Below are positions 9,539 through 18,336 of a stretch of 47,863 nucleotides of DNA, one piece after another; positions within the stretch are counted from its first letter, which is position 1; each line of letters opens with the position of its first letter. The notes beneath the pieces are model-generated. The model saw only the letters and a program-made list of their open reading frames with translations. It ran no database searches and was not told where the DNA came from. The translations under genes and the position numbers were made by a program. Source of the DNA: Candidatus Woesearchaeota archaeon (GTDB lineage Archaea > Nanobdellota > Nanobdellia > Woesearchaeales > WJKL01); contig JAHWIM010000006.1 in the NCBI GenBank assembly GCA_019322535.1, positions 1 through 47,863 on the forward strand, given 5' to 3'.

Positions 9539-9546
9539 TTTATAAA
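9539..9546 (-). promoter_or_regulatory. TATA box for the tRNA gene
   Basis: TTTATAAA lies 25 nt upstream of the tRNA 5' end at 9513. Confidence 0.5.
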
Positions 9547-9579
9547 TTTTATTAAAAAGAAAAAAAGAAAATTTATTCT

Positions 9580-11214
9580 TTAAACTCTTCTAGCAAATTT
9601 TCTCCTAAAGCTTCTTAATATCTCTGTATTTACTGGTTTTTCAACTCTTTTAAATCCTCTTGTTAACATTTGTTTCTGATCCATTACATTTATTTCTCTC
9701 TTTCCCATATCAATCTCTATCTTATCTCCTTCTTCAACAAAAGCTAAAGGACCTCCATTATATGCTTCTGGTTCAATATGACCTATACAAATACCAGCAG
9801 TTCCTCCTGAAAATCTGCCGTCTGTCAATAGTGCAACTTCTTTGTCCATCTCTAATCCTTTGATTGCTGATGTTGGGTACAACATTTCTCTCATTCCAGG
9901 GCCACCAGCAGGTCCTTCATTCCTTATAATCAATACATCTCCTGGTTTTACTTTCTTTGCTTTAATATATGCTGTACAATCTTCTTCACAATCAAATATT
10001 CTTGCAGTGCCTTCAAATAATTTTGGAACAGAAGGATCTACTCCACTTTCTTTAATAACAGAACCTTCTGGAGCTAGATTTCCTCTATAAACAGCAATTC
10101 CTCCTGTACTTGAATAAGAATCTTTAACACTCTTAATGACTTCTGTAGATCCTGAGTCTCTCACTGCATTTAGCCTGTCTTCTAAACTTCCTGTAACTGT
10201 TTTTACTTTTGTATCTAATAATTCCCTTAATCTACTCATAACTACAGGAATTCCTCCTTGCCTATCAAAGTCAATCATCCTATGTTCACTCGCTGGAGAA
10301 AGTCTTAGAAGATTAGGTGTTTTTGCACTTATTTCATTTATTGCATCTAAATCAAATTCATATCCTGCTTCTGCTGCGATTGCTGGAACATGCAATACTG
10401 TATTTGTTGATGCACCAATAGCCATATCAACTGTCAATGCATTATAAAAAGCTTCTTCTGTTAAAATGTCCCCAATAGTAACTCCTTCTTCAATCATTAT
10501 CATTATATGTCTTCCTGTTTTTGTTGCTAACCTATATTTTCTATTATCAACAGCATGTGCAGTTGCCATTCCAGGCAAAGTTAATCCTAATGCTTCTGTT
10601 ACACAAGCCATTGAATTTGCTGTAAATAATCCTGCGCAGCTGCCAGGTCCTGGGCAACTCTCTTCCATAATATCATCATATTGTGCTTGATCCATTTCAC
10701 CTAAAGAGTATTGAGCGTCTGCTGTAAAAGAAGTAACAACATCTGCTCCTTTTCCATCAACACATCCTGGAAGCATAGGCCCAGGTGTTACAAACATTCC
10801 TGGCAGATGTTTTAAAGATGCTGCAGCCATTAAATAGCCTGGAAGATTTTTGTCACAAGCACCCATATAAACAACGCCATCAAAAATATCATGAGCTAAG
10901 ACCATATCCACAACACAGTCTCTGTTTAATTCTCTAGAAGGTAAGCTGTACTTCATTCCATCATGACCCATTGCAATACCATCACAAACACCTACGCCAG
11001 CATTAATTCTATATGCATGTCCACCTGCTTCTGCAACTCCTATTTGAACATATCTTGCAAGTTCATCTAGAAGCAAATGCCCTGGACATACTTCATTATG
11101 TGAATAAACAATAGCAACTGCTGGTTTGTCTATTTGATGTCTATCTCTCCTTGTACCATACAAACATGATCTTGCAGCTGGTTTTCCTTTTACTATATCA
11201 GCATTTTTGTGCAT
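9580..11214 (-). CDS. ilvD: Dihydroxy-acid dehydratase (IlvD/Edd family)
   Basis: Full-length match by eye to IlvD (CDKNLPG, GPGSCAG, TDGRFSGGT, and other motifs). The ORF track starts at the GTG at 11229. I prefer the ATG at 11214 (MHKNADIV), which has GGAGGG 7 nt upstream. Confidence 0.9.
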   Translation of the reverse strand: MHKNADIVKGKPAARSCLYGTRRDRHQIDKPAVAIVYSHNEVCPGHLLLDELARYVQIGVAEAGGHAYRINAGVGVCDGIAMGHDGMKYSLPSRELNRDCVVDMVLAHDIFDGVVYMGACDKNLPGYLMAAASLKHLPGMFVTPGPMLPGCVDGKGADVVTSFTADAQYSLGEMDQAQYDDIMEESCPGPGSCAGLFTANSMACVTEALGLTLPGMATAHAVDNRKYRLATKTGRHIMIMIEEGVTIGDILTEEAFYNALTVDMAIGASTNTVLHVPAIAAEAGYEFDLDAINEISAKTPNLLRLSPASEHRMIDFDRQGGIPVVMSRLRELLDTKVKTVTGSLEDRLNAVRDSGSTEVIKSVKDSYSSTGGIAVYRGNLAPEGSVIKESGVDPSVPKLFEGTARIFDCEEDCTAYIKAKKVKPGDVLIIRNEGPAGGPGMREMLYPTSAIKGLEMDKEVALLTDGRFSGGTAGICIGHIEPEAYNGGPLAFVEEGDKIEIDMGKREINVMDQKQMLTRGFKRVEKPVNTEILRSFRRKFARRV

Positions 11215-11304
11215 ATTTAATCCCTCCACAAAAACCTCAAGAATTAACTGAGGCTAATTCACCCCTTTAATAAAAAAATGAAATTAATCACAAGTTTATA
11301 AATT

Positions 11305-11790
11305 TTATCTCTTTTGTGCTTTTTGCATCTTTTTTTCATAAAATCTAGCTAAGTCATCTAGGTTTCTGCAGTCTTCAGGCAGCATGTCTCCTATTTCTCT
11401 TTGTGCAGCTTCTCTATCAATAGAAACACCAGGAGGTAGTTGATACAATCTGTCTTTTCCCATGTTATCTCTAGTATATTGCATCAAACGCCTTGTAACT
11501 TCTTTAAGAGGAGCTGTTCCATAACTATAACTCATATCTACTTCTAGCCAAGCATCTAAACGCTGGGCTGTCAAGGATTTATTAAAATTAGTTGCTGTAA
11601 CTACAAAAACCTGCTCTAGATTTGGTAAAGGCTCAGATTTTTCTGTTAATTCTCCTTCAGCATCTTTTTCATAAACAGAAATCTGTGGTTTCATTCCAAA
11701 TAATTTAATTGCAACTTTAGGAAGAACTTTAGCCCAACCACTTTCTTTTACTTTAAGTTCGTCTCTCTTCTGAATTATTTTATAAGCCAT
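11305..11790 (-). CDS. Hypothetical protein
   Basis: 161-aa ORF with AGGTGG 3-8 nt upstream of the ATG and a TATATA about 35 nt upstream. No family recognised. Confidence 0.5.
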   Translation of the reverse strand: MAYKIIQKRDELKVKESGWAKVLPKVAIKLFGMKPQISVYEKDAEGELTEKSEPLPNLEQVFVVTATNFNKSLTAQRLDAWLEVDMSYSYGTAPLKEVTRRLMQYTRDNMGKDRLYQLPPGVSIDREAAQREIGDMLPEDCRNLDDLARFYEKKMQKAQKR

Positions 11791-11850
11791 TGAACCACCT
11801 AAAGAATAAATTCTTTTTTGATAAGTATATAGAGGAATATTAATAAAAGT

Positions 11851-11900
11851 TTTGGAAATTTTTGATTTCCAAATACCCTAAAAAATCTTTAGATTTTTTA
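11851..11900 (-). terminator. Two tandem A-arm/T-arm hairpins downstream of the surface-protein gene
   Basis: TTTGGAAAT-ttttg-ATTTCCAAA (11851..11873) and TAAAAAATCT-tt-AGATTTTTTA (11879..11900) are 5 nt apart. They lie between the stop of 11939..14167 and the promoter of 11305..11790. Confidence 0.55.
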
Positions 11901-11938
11901 TTGGTTTTGGAAAATTAAAAGAAAAAAAAAGAAAAAGA

Positions 11939-14167
11939 TTATTTCCTATTTCTATAATAGGAAACTATTATCAGAATACTTATCAATGCTACTCCTGCTA
12001 AAGATACTAATAATATATAATTCACTTTCTTTTCTTCAGGTGTTATAACTTGAACCATCTCTTGTTTTTCTTCTGCAACTTCTGGTTGTACTTCTTCTGC
12101 TGGAACTTCTGCTGGTGCTTCTAGTATTGCAGGAGTTATTGCTTCTGATAATGATTGGAATGTAATATCTGCGCTTTTTCCTCCATTTATTTTATTTAAT
12201 GTGGCTGCTAAATCATATATACTATCTTTATCTACATCTATTTTAGTTGTTTGATTTAAATCAACTCTAACCTTTTCTACTGTTGAAGCTACACTCAATA
12301 TCACATAACTGTCTCCAAAACTGTAAATTTGTGCTGTGTGTTGTGCACCATCTACTAAAAAAGTAATTTTATCTCCTGCATAAAGAATCACTTTGAAAGG
12401 TTCTTGCCCTATAGTGTATCTTTTTCCTGTAAATCCTAATGTTGGTGCTCTTCCTCCACCACTTCTGCTAGGTGGTTGGTATGGTGCAGAAGTTGTGAAG
12501 GTATATCCTCCATCTGTCTGGCAGTTTCCTGCTTGGTCACAGCTTGTGACATTATAATAATATAGTGTTGATGCTGATAAGCTGCTTAAGCTAATGCTGT
12601 GGCTTGTTGTATAAGCAGCATTTGAACTTGTAGAACCAAGAGATGTGTTTTTTCCATAATCAACTCTTGAATTAGCATTTTCATCTGTTGTCCAAGTTAT
12701 TGTTGCTCCTGAAGATGTAATTGAGCCTGCTGCTGTGGCACTTATTGTAGGAGCAGTTGTATCATAATTGATTGTTCTAGTCGCAGACAATCCAACATTG
12801 CCTGAGCCATCAGTGCAGTTTATATACCAATCAAAACTGCCGTCAGTAAGTGTAAGCGCTTGCGAATTCAAGACACCATTGTTTGCTGATGCTGCACCTG
12901 TGCTTATATCAGAAGCATTTGACGTGTTTATAGCATACCATGCGCAAGTATTAAGATTTACATCACTTGGAGTATATGTAACTGTATTGTTATTGGTATA
13001 TTCGTTATCTGTTGGACTTGATGGTGTTACAGTTGGAGCTGCCTCATCAACTTTCAAAGTCCATATCTGGCTTTGTACTGTGCTGTCAAAATCTGTGCAG
13101 TTGATATACCAAACATAAGAACCGTCAGCCAAAGCAGTGCTTGCAGTGATTGTTGTTGCTGTTCCATTAGCTGATGTAGTATTTGTTCCACGACTAGTAT
13201 CATTAATGAATAACTCACAGGAAAGTGTTGTATTTATTTGACTTGTTGGAGTGAATACAAAATCAGGCTGGTCACTTGTTGCCCATGTATCATTACCTGG
13301 TGATGTAAGTGAAACTTGAGGACTACAGTCAGCTGGAGACTCACTATCCCATCCATCAAGCAATTTGTAAGGATAACTATCAATAACATTTACTGCATTA
13401 GAATCGGTTCCTGCAATAAAAACAGGACAAGAAGTTCTTCCCCAATAGTTTCCTTCGTTGCTGTAAGAAAGGTTTATCGCTGCATCTGAATAAACTTCAT
13501 TTGTATTACTATCATAAATATTATTGTGGTAGATTGTATTTACATTAGAACTAGCAGTCATATAAATCCCATAGGTATTGTTATATAGGTTATTTTCTCT
13601 TAAAAGATTGTTATTAGAACCTCCACCAAGGTGTATTCCATAAAGATAGTTATATATGGTGTTATTAATCAGACTGTTATTATTTGCGCCGTTGTTCAAA
13701 TAGATTCCTCTAACTGTACTGAGTACATCATTATATATGTAATTGTTTGTGAAATTGTTCCCTGAATGGATTGTCGCTGCACCTATATAGTTATTGATGA
13801 AGTTGTTATTATCCAGTGTATTATTATCTCCATCAACTAATACAGCCCATCCAGCAAAATCAGATATATTGCAATTTTTTACAGTCACATTATTTGCAGA
13901 TGATATACCTACACCCCAATCAAAACCTGAATCATCCCCACTTATTATATTATTATCACAATCAAACACTAAATCATCTGTACTTATAGTCAAACCATTT
14001 CCAGAACATCCTGTTAAATTATCAGAAGCATTTAAAGTTCTTGATTCATTTAAAGTATCTCCGCAATTACAAACATTTGTTCCGCCGCAGTTTGCAGCAC
14101 TTGCCCACACAGCAAATATTGACATTATTGCGACTATTAATAGAATTAAAACAAATTGTTTTTTCAT
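11939..14167 (-). CDS. Secreted, C-terminally membrane-anchored surface protein with right-handed beta-helix (PbH1/NosD-like) repeats and Ig/Fn3-like modules
   Basis: 742 aa. It has an N-terminal signal peptide (LILLIVAIMSIFAVWASA), Asn-rich about 22-aa repeats (NNNFINNYIG, NNSLINNTIYN, NNLLRENNLYNNTYGIYM) and S/T-rich modules with the repeated WYINCTD motif. The C-terminal TM helix ends in the basic tail YYRNRK. Confidence 0.7.
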   Translation of the reverse strand: MKKQFVLILLIVAIMSIFAVWASAANCGGTNVCNCGDTLNESRTLNASDNLTGCSGNGLTISTDDLVFDCDNNIISGDDSGFDWGVGISSANNVTVKNCNISDFAGWAVLVDGDNNTLDNNNFINNYIGAATIHSGNNFTNNYIYNDVLSTVRGIYLNNGANNNSLINNTIYNYLYGIHLGGGSNNNLLRENNLYNNTYGIYMTASSNVNTIYHNNIYDSNTNEVYSDAAINLSYSNEGNYWGRTSCPVFIAGTDSNAVNVIDSYPYKLLDGWDSESPADCSPQVSLTSPGNDTWATSDQPDFVFTPTSQINTTLSCELFINDTSRGTNTTSANGTATTITASTALADGSYVWYINCTDFDSTVQSQIWTLKVDEAAPTVTPSSPTDNEYTNNNTVTYTPSDVNLNTCAWYAINTSNASDISTGAASANNGVLNSQALTLTDGSFDWYINCTDGSGNVGLSATRTINYDTTAPTISATAAGSITSSGATITWTTDENANSRVDYGKNTSLGSTSSNAAYTTSHSISLSSLSASTLYYYNVTSCDQAGNCQTDGGYTFTTSAPYQPPSRSGGGRAPTLGFTGKRYTIGQEPFKVILYAGDKITFLVDGAQHTAQIYSFGDSYVILSVASTVEKVRVDLNQTTKIDVDKDSIYDLAATLNKINGGKSADITFQSLSEAITPAILEAPAEVPAEEVQPEVAEEKQEMVQVITPEEKKVNYILLVSLAGVALISILIIVSYYRNRK

Positions 14168-14261
14168 TAAAGCATCACCTTCTTTTTTTAGTAAAAATAA
14201 TCACTGTCTAAGAACTCACTATGGTTTTTTACCAAAAAATAATCTTATATAAATATTTCTA

Positions 14262-14600
14262 TTAAACCATTTTCAATTTTCCAGTAATAGAATCAATTTT
14301 TTCTTCAGAATCAGGTCCAATGCCAACAGTTGTTTTTGTGCCAGGAGCAATTACTGTTTTTCCTGCATCTGTAATCAAAGCAGTTTTCAAATCAGCATCT
14401 TTTGCCATTTGTAAATACTTTAACAATTCTTTTTCATTCTCCACTTTTAGAACAACTTTTTTTTGACCTTCTGATCTCCATTCAGAAACTTTTTTCTTAT
14501 CAGAATTAAATGCAGCTTCAACAGAAGCATGAGCTACTTGTGCTGCCATTTTTCCTTTTGGTAATTTCAAATCAGCTCTTACTAATATTACTTGTTTCAT
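14262..14600 (-). CDS. pth2: Peptidyl-tRNA hydrolase, archaeal type (Pth2)
   Basis: 112 aa with GKMAAQVAHASV and DAGKTVIAPGTKTTVGIGP, ending LKMV; canonical PTH2 signatures. Confidence 0.9.
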   Translation of the reverse strand: MKQVILVRADLKLPKGKMAAQVAHASVEAAFNSDKKKVSEWRSEGQKKVVLKVENEKELLKYLQMAKDADLKTALITDAGKTVIAPGTKTTVGIGPDSEEKIDSITGKLKMV

Positions 14601-14635
14601 TTTTATTAAAATAGTTCTTTATTTTATTAATCTTT

Positions 14636-15247
14636 CTAAGCTGCTTGCTTATGTTGTTTTTGATAGTTAGGTGCTTCTTTTTCTACTACACCATTTATTG
14701 TGTTAGCAACTGTTTCTTTATGCATTTGGTTTTGCCTTAATTTATGAGGCAGTTCAACTTGAACTCCTTTATTTTCAAACTTATTAACTACATTATACTG
14801 GCTTTTTCCCTGCAGATGTTTTGGAATATGCTTTAAATCTGTTTCAACATGGTAAAATTTGCCTATATCTTCTCTTAATTGACCAGCAACTTTATTAGCT
14901 AAATCTTTGTTTCCCCCTGTAACGTAGATTGTTCTTGTTCTATCATATGATTTACCTTGTTTAGCATATGTTCCTTGCCTAGCATGTCCATGAATAGAAA
15001 TAGCTGTTTTGGCATAATCTCTAACTCCTGACAAATGTTTTGAATGTGTTGGGGTTACTCTTGTAGAAGCAACTCTTTTTTTTAGATTATGCGCAATATA
15101 CTTTGATGCTTCTTTGACTTTTCTTGCTATTTCTCCTGTTCCTTCTTCTGTTCCAGAATGATATGCAAGAACAGCAATTGGGCTTTTTCTAGCACTTTGC
15201 TCTTTTGTTCCAGGATGATTAACAAAATCCTTGTATTTATAGCTCAT
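14636..15247 (-). CDS. Poly-gamma-glutamate hydrolase-like protein (PghP/DUF867 family)
   Basis: 203 aa. LAYHSGTEEGTGEIA corresponds to the family's HGGxIExGT motif. AISIHGH, IYVTGGNKDLANKVAGQL and NVVNKFENKGVQVELPHKLR correspond to the N..N...GVQLE motif. Confidence 0.6.
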   Translation of the reverse strand: MSYKYKDFVNHPGTKEQSARKSPIAVLAYHSGTEEGTGEIARKVKEASKYIAHNLKKRVASTRVTPTHSKHLSGVRDYAKTAISIHGHARQGTYAKQGKSYDRTRTIYVTGGNKDLANKVAGQLREDIGKFYHVETDLKHIPKHLQGKSQYNVVNKFENKGVQVELPHKLRQNQMHKETVANTINGVVEKEAPNYQKQHKQAA

Positions 15248-15280
15248 GATATAATTTTATTTAGAACAAGTATAAAAAGT

Positions 15281-16156
15281 TTATCTAGCTGCTTTATCTA
15301 TTGCTTGAACAACCTGCTCTGTTGCTAATTTAATTCTTTTTTCTAAGTGTTTTGGTGTTTTAACTGTTCTGCCTTCTTTCCATAAATGCATTGGTCTTTT
15401 TGGCGAGACAAAAACCATGCTTCCAACATATTTACCGTTAACAGCCATGCTTCTTATTTCAAAGAATTCGTTTTTGAACAAAGGAGAACAATCTATTAAT
15501 TGCTCTAAAATCATTGATCTTTTTATTTGTAGATTTTTTGGTAATTTATTTATGTAAACTGTTTTGGTTTTTTGTCCTGTTCTTGGCTTGAAAACAAAAC
15601 CTTTTGGAAAATATTTCAACTTTTTCTTAAGTTGTGTTTTGTTTTCAATAACAAAATATTTTGGAACATGTATTTTAGTATATTTTTTAACTGCTTTTTT
15701 TGCTTTTACTTTATCTCTTGTTATCCTCAAAACAGATGAAGGATTTATTACCCTGATTCCTGCTGCTTCTTGTGCTCTAGTTACACCAGCTGCTACTCTT
15801 AGAACAACATCTGGCATTATTTTTTTGCCATCTTTATCAATCAAATGGCCGTCTCCTTCAGAAAGAAGATTTTTATTCCTTTTATAACTGCATCTGTAGA
15901 TTTTTCCTTTGAATAATTTTCTAAAATGGCCAGAAATAATAGATTCTTCCCATTTTCTCTTTGATATTACTGCAAGTTTTTTGTATTTGTTTTTATTCAA
16001 GAAACTGCAAAGTTCTTTTACTGGCTTGACATGCTTGTAAATTTTCAAATATTCTTTTAATGCACCAGGAGAAGAATTTGCTTCAATAAAATAAAGTTTG
16101 TTATCTTTTCCTAGAATAAAGTCAAGTCCAGCAAATAAGTAATTTTTAACTATCAT
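15281..16156 (-). CDS. ATP-grasp ligase (RimK/YheCD/TTL-like), apparently circularly permuted
   Basis: 291 aa. The C-terminal ATP-grasp signature is at the N-terminus (LFAGLDFILGKDNKLYFIEANSSPGA), followed by the N-terminal and central domains (PDVVLRV, GIRVINP, RDKVKAKK, FVFKPRTGQ, FEIRSMAVNGK). The start overlaps the upstream stop (ATGA). Confidence 0.6.
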   Translation of the reverse strand: MIVKNYLFAGLDFILGKDNKLYFIEANSSPGALKEYLKIYKHVKPVKELCSFLNKNKYKKLAVISKRKWEESIISGHFRKLFKGKIYRCSYKRNKNLLSEGDGHLIDKDGKKIMPDVVLRVAAGVTRAQEAAGIRVINPSSVLRITRDKVKAKKAVKKYTKIHVPKYFVIENKTQLKKKLKYFPKGFVFKPRTGQKTKTVYINKLPKNLQIKRSMILEQLIDCSPLFKNEFFEIRSMAVNGKYVGSMVFVSPKRPMHLWKEGRTVKTPKHLEKRIKLATEQVVQAIDKAAR

Positions 16157-17151
16157 GCTGTTTTAACAATTTTTAGTTTAATGCCTGATTTAATTGCTTC
16201 AAGAACATGATCATAGTAACTTATTCTTCTGTATCTGCCGTATGCATATCTATGCATTGTTGGACTGCCGTTGCATTCTATTACATAAGGCCTTTGATTT
16301 TTGTCAAATACAAAATCTACTGAGAACAGTCTTGGAGAATATCTTCCTAAAATTCTGTCTATTCTCTTAACTACAGCAACTGCTTTTAGAGGGATTTTTG
16401 ATTTTGGAACAAAAATCTTGTTTCCACCTAAAGCCATGTTTGCTGTTAATAATCCTTTTTTTGGAGTCCTGACATGGCAGTGGTCTATTTCTCCATTAAT
16501 AACAATAACCCTCATATCATGCAAACCTTTAACCAGTCCTTTTATTCCTTCAGAGCCATCTATAAATTCTTGCACAACTGTATTTTTATTGATTTTTTTT
16601 GGAAGCTTGTCTTTTGTAGTTACAGTAACATGCTCTCCTAGTGTACCATATCTTGGTTTTAAAACAATTTTTTCAGATTTAATTTCAGGAAGAACAATTT
16701 TTAATCCTCTAACTGTATTAACTAAGAATGTTTTAGGAGCAATAGTTGGGAAAAGCTCTGAAACCATGCATTTGTCCCAGCAGAATTCTTCAAGTTCTGG
16801 ACTGTTGAACAATCCAACTTGCTCTTCCATTTTGTATTTTAAGTTTTCTATTCTTTTGTTCTTAGTAAAGCCATCATATATTGCTTTGTTAAATCTGCTG
16901 TAGATAATATCTAATTTAACATTGTCTATTTTTTTCCATTTTTTATCAAAAACCCATGCATGTTTTAGAATTCCATTTTGATATAATTTATAATTAGCAC
17001 AACATAGAACAAGACCTTTTTTCTTAGCTTTTCTAGCAAGGATTGCATAAGATCTGTTCATTGCAAATGTTCTGAATGGTTTTTTAGTATTAGAATTAGC
17101 GAAATGAGTAAATAAAACTCCTATTTTTCCGTTTTGATAGTTTTCTATCAT
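16153..17151 (-). CDS. ATP-grasp ligase, YheC/YheD-like
   Basis: 332 aa with KIGVLF..., LDIIYSRF, WDKCMVSELF, IVLKPRYGTLGEHV, VVQEFID, HDMRVIVINGE, TANMALGG and LFSVDFVFDKNQRPYVIECNGSPTM, in normal ATP-grasp order. Confidence 0.7.
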   Translation of the reverse strand: MIENYQNGKIGVLFTHFANSNTKKPFRTFAMNRSYAILARKAKKKGLVLCCANYKLYQNGILKHAWVFDKKWKKIDNVKLDIIYSRFNKAIYDGFTKNKRIENLKYKMEEQVGLFNSPELEEFCWDKCMVSELFPTIAPKTFLVNTVRGLKIVLPEIKSEKIVLKPRYGTLGEHVTVTTKDKLPKKINKNTVVQEFIDGSEGIKGLVKGLHDMRVIVINGEIDHCHVRTPKKGLLTANMALGGNKIFVPKSKIPLKAVAVVKRIDRILGRYSPRLFSVDFVFDKNQRPYVIECNGSPTMHRYAYGRYRRISYYDHVLEAIKSGIKLKIVKTA

Positions 17152-17249
17152 TTTTTAGTGTGTGAATTATCACAGAAGTGAAGAAGTCCCCCATTATTTA
17201 ATCTGTTGGCAGGATTGTATTTAAATGTTGTGGTTTTAAGTAGTGAATA

Positions 17250-17603
17250 TCAAATAATTTTATACTTAGTCAATAATAAAACAACAAAACCCAAAAGAAC
17301 CAGAACTCCGAGAAGGATCGTTACTATTATTGAAATCAACCTCTCATCTTTGTCCATATCTTTCCATCTTCTTTTGTTCTTCTTCCAGTCTTTTTTATTG
17401 ACTAAACCAGCTATCATAAAAACAAAACCCATTGACCAAAGAACATGGTTCTTAAGAGGAATCCCTATTACAACCCACATCATCCCTATTATAAACAAAT
17501 TATAATAATCAGGAGGAGTCTTATGTTTCTTTCTTATTAATATTGCAACAACTGCAAACAAGAGAAGAAGTACAGCAATTGATATTAAAATCCAAGGTAT
17601 CAT
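17250..17603 (-). CDS. Small membrane protein (3 TM helices)
   Basis: 117 aa with three clear hydrophobic helices separated by basic loops. The + strand ORF 17206..17505 is its shadow. Confidence 0.5.
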   Translation of the reverse strand: MIPWILISIAVLLLLFAVVAILIRKKHKTPPDYYNLFIIGMMWVVIGIPLKNHVLWSMGFVFMIAGLVNKKDWKKNKRRWKDMDKDERLISIIVTILLGVLVLLGFVVLLLTKYKII

Positions 17604-17635
17604 AATCCTATTTAGAAATTGATAGTATAAAAAGT

Positions 17636-18250
17636 TTACTTTATAGCAACTGCTTCAATGAAAGAAGATTTATAATCGCGATGGACAGAAGCAGTTTTTT
17701 TAATACTAAGAATTTTAAATTTATTTAGCTTTTCTCTCATATATTCTTTGTCAAAAAAGTGTCTCAAATGTCTATAGTATATAAATAAATTATCTCCTAC
17801 TTTTTCACCTTTGCCATATACTCTATCATCAGTTGATTTGCATTTGACAAAAAATAATCCTTTTTTCTTTAGTATTTTATACAAATCGTTGAAGATTTTT
17901 GTTGTAGTTTTATCGTCAAAGTAATGCAGGCTTAGGTGAGCATATATCACATCAAAAGAATTGTTTGGAAAATTTAATTTTCTCAAATCTTGGCAAACTG
18001 TTTTGATATTTTTGATATTTTTTCTATCAATTTCTTTTTGAATGCTTTCTAATCCGCTGCGTGAGATATCTAATGCAGTCACAATTAAACTATTTTGTGC
18101 AAAGAAGATAGAATCTCTGCTCCTGCCACTTCCTAAATCTAATATTGTTTTAAGTTTCTTCTTTTTGATTAATTTTAAACTTCTTCTTGCAAAATTACTA
18201 GGTTGTTTCTTTACTGGTCCTCTTGGTCTTGATTTCCAAAATTCTGTCAT
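17636..18250 (-). CDS. Class I SAM-dependent methyltransferase
   Basis: 204 aa with motif I ILDLGSGRSRDS, an acidic post-I ALDIS and FDVIYAHLSLHYF. Confidence 0.75.
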   Translation of the reverse strand: MTEFWKSRPRGPVKKQPSNFARRSLKLIKKKKLKTILDLGSGRSRDSIFFAQNSLIVTALDISRSGLESIQKEIDRKNIKNIKTVCQDLRKLNFPNNSFDVIYAHLSLHYFDDKTTTKIFNDLYKILKKKGLFFVKCKSTDDRVYGKGEKVGDNLFIYYRHLRHFFDKEYMREKLNKFKILSIKKTASVHRDYKSSFIEAVAIK

Positions 18251-18305
18251 AATTTGTTTTAAAAGTTAATAGTATTAAATTCTTTTGGTGCGCTTATCAG
18301 TAATA

Positions 18306-18313
18306 TTTATATA
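18306..18313 (+). promoter_or_regulatory. TATA box for lysK; leaderless geometry
   Basis: TTTATATA lies 23 nt upstream of the ATG at 18337. Confidence 0.5.
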
Positions 18314-18336
18314 CAATCAAAATAAATTTTTAGAAT

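Noticed and set aside
9316-9579. The tRNA gene considered as an integration site for a genomic island (glycan cluster on one side)
   Set aside because: I found no integrase or recombinase and no duplicated copy of the tRNA 3' segment (GGGTTCGAATCCC or its complement) elsewhere in the window.
9660-10690. A series of plus-strand ORFs inside ilvD (9660..9863, 9842..10090, 10136..10447, 10466..10690)
   Set aside because: They are shadow ORFs opposite a strongly supported, full-length IlvD. Their composition is typical of antisense frames.
16301-16903. A 200-aa plus-strand ORF, with similar ones at 15564..15887, 17206..17505, 12768..13118, 13794..14252, 1107..1433, 2620..3169, 3962..4301, 18042..18269, 18977..19195, 20029..20373, 21036..21332, 21972..22255, 23714..23974 and 24369..24557
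   Set aside because: Each is fully embedded opposite to, or out of frame with, a gene that has clear family motifs. None has a promoter or SD context or a recognisable motif.
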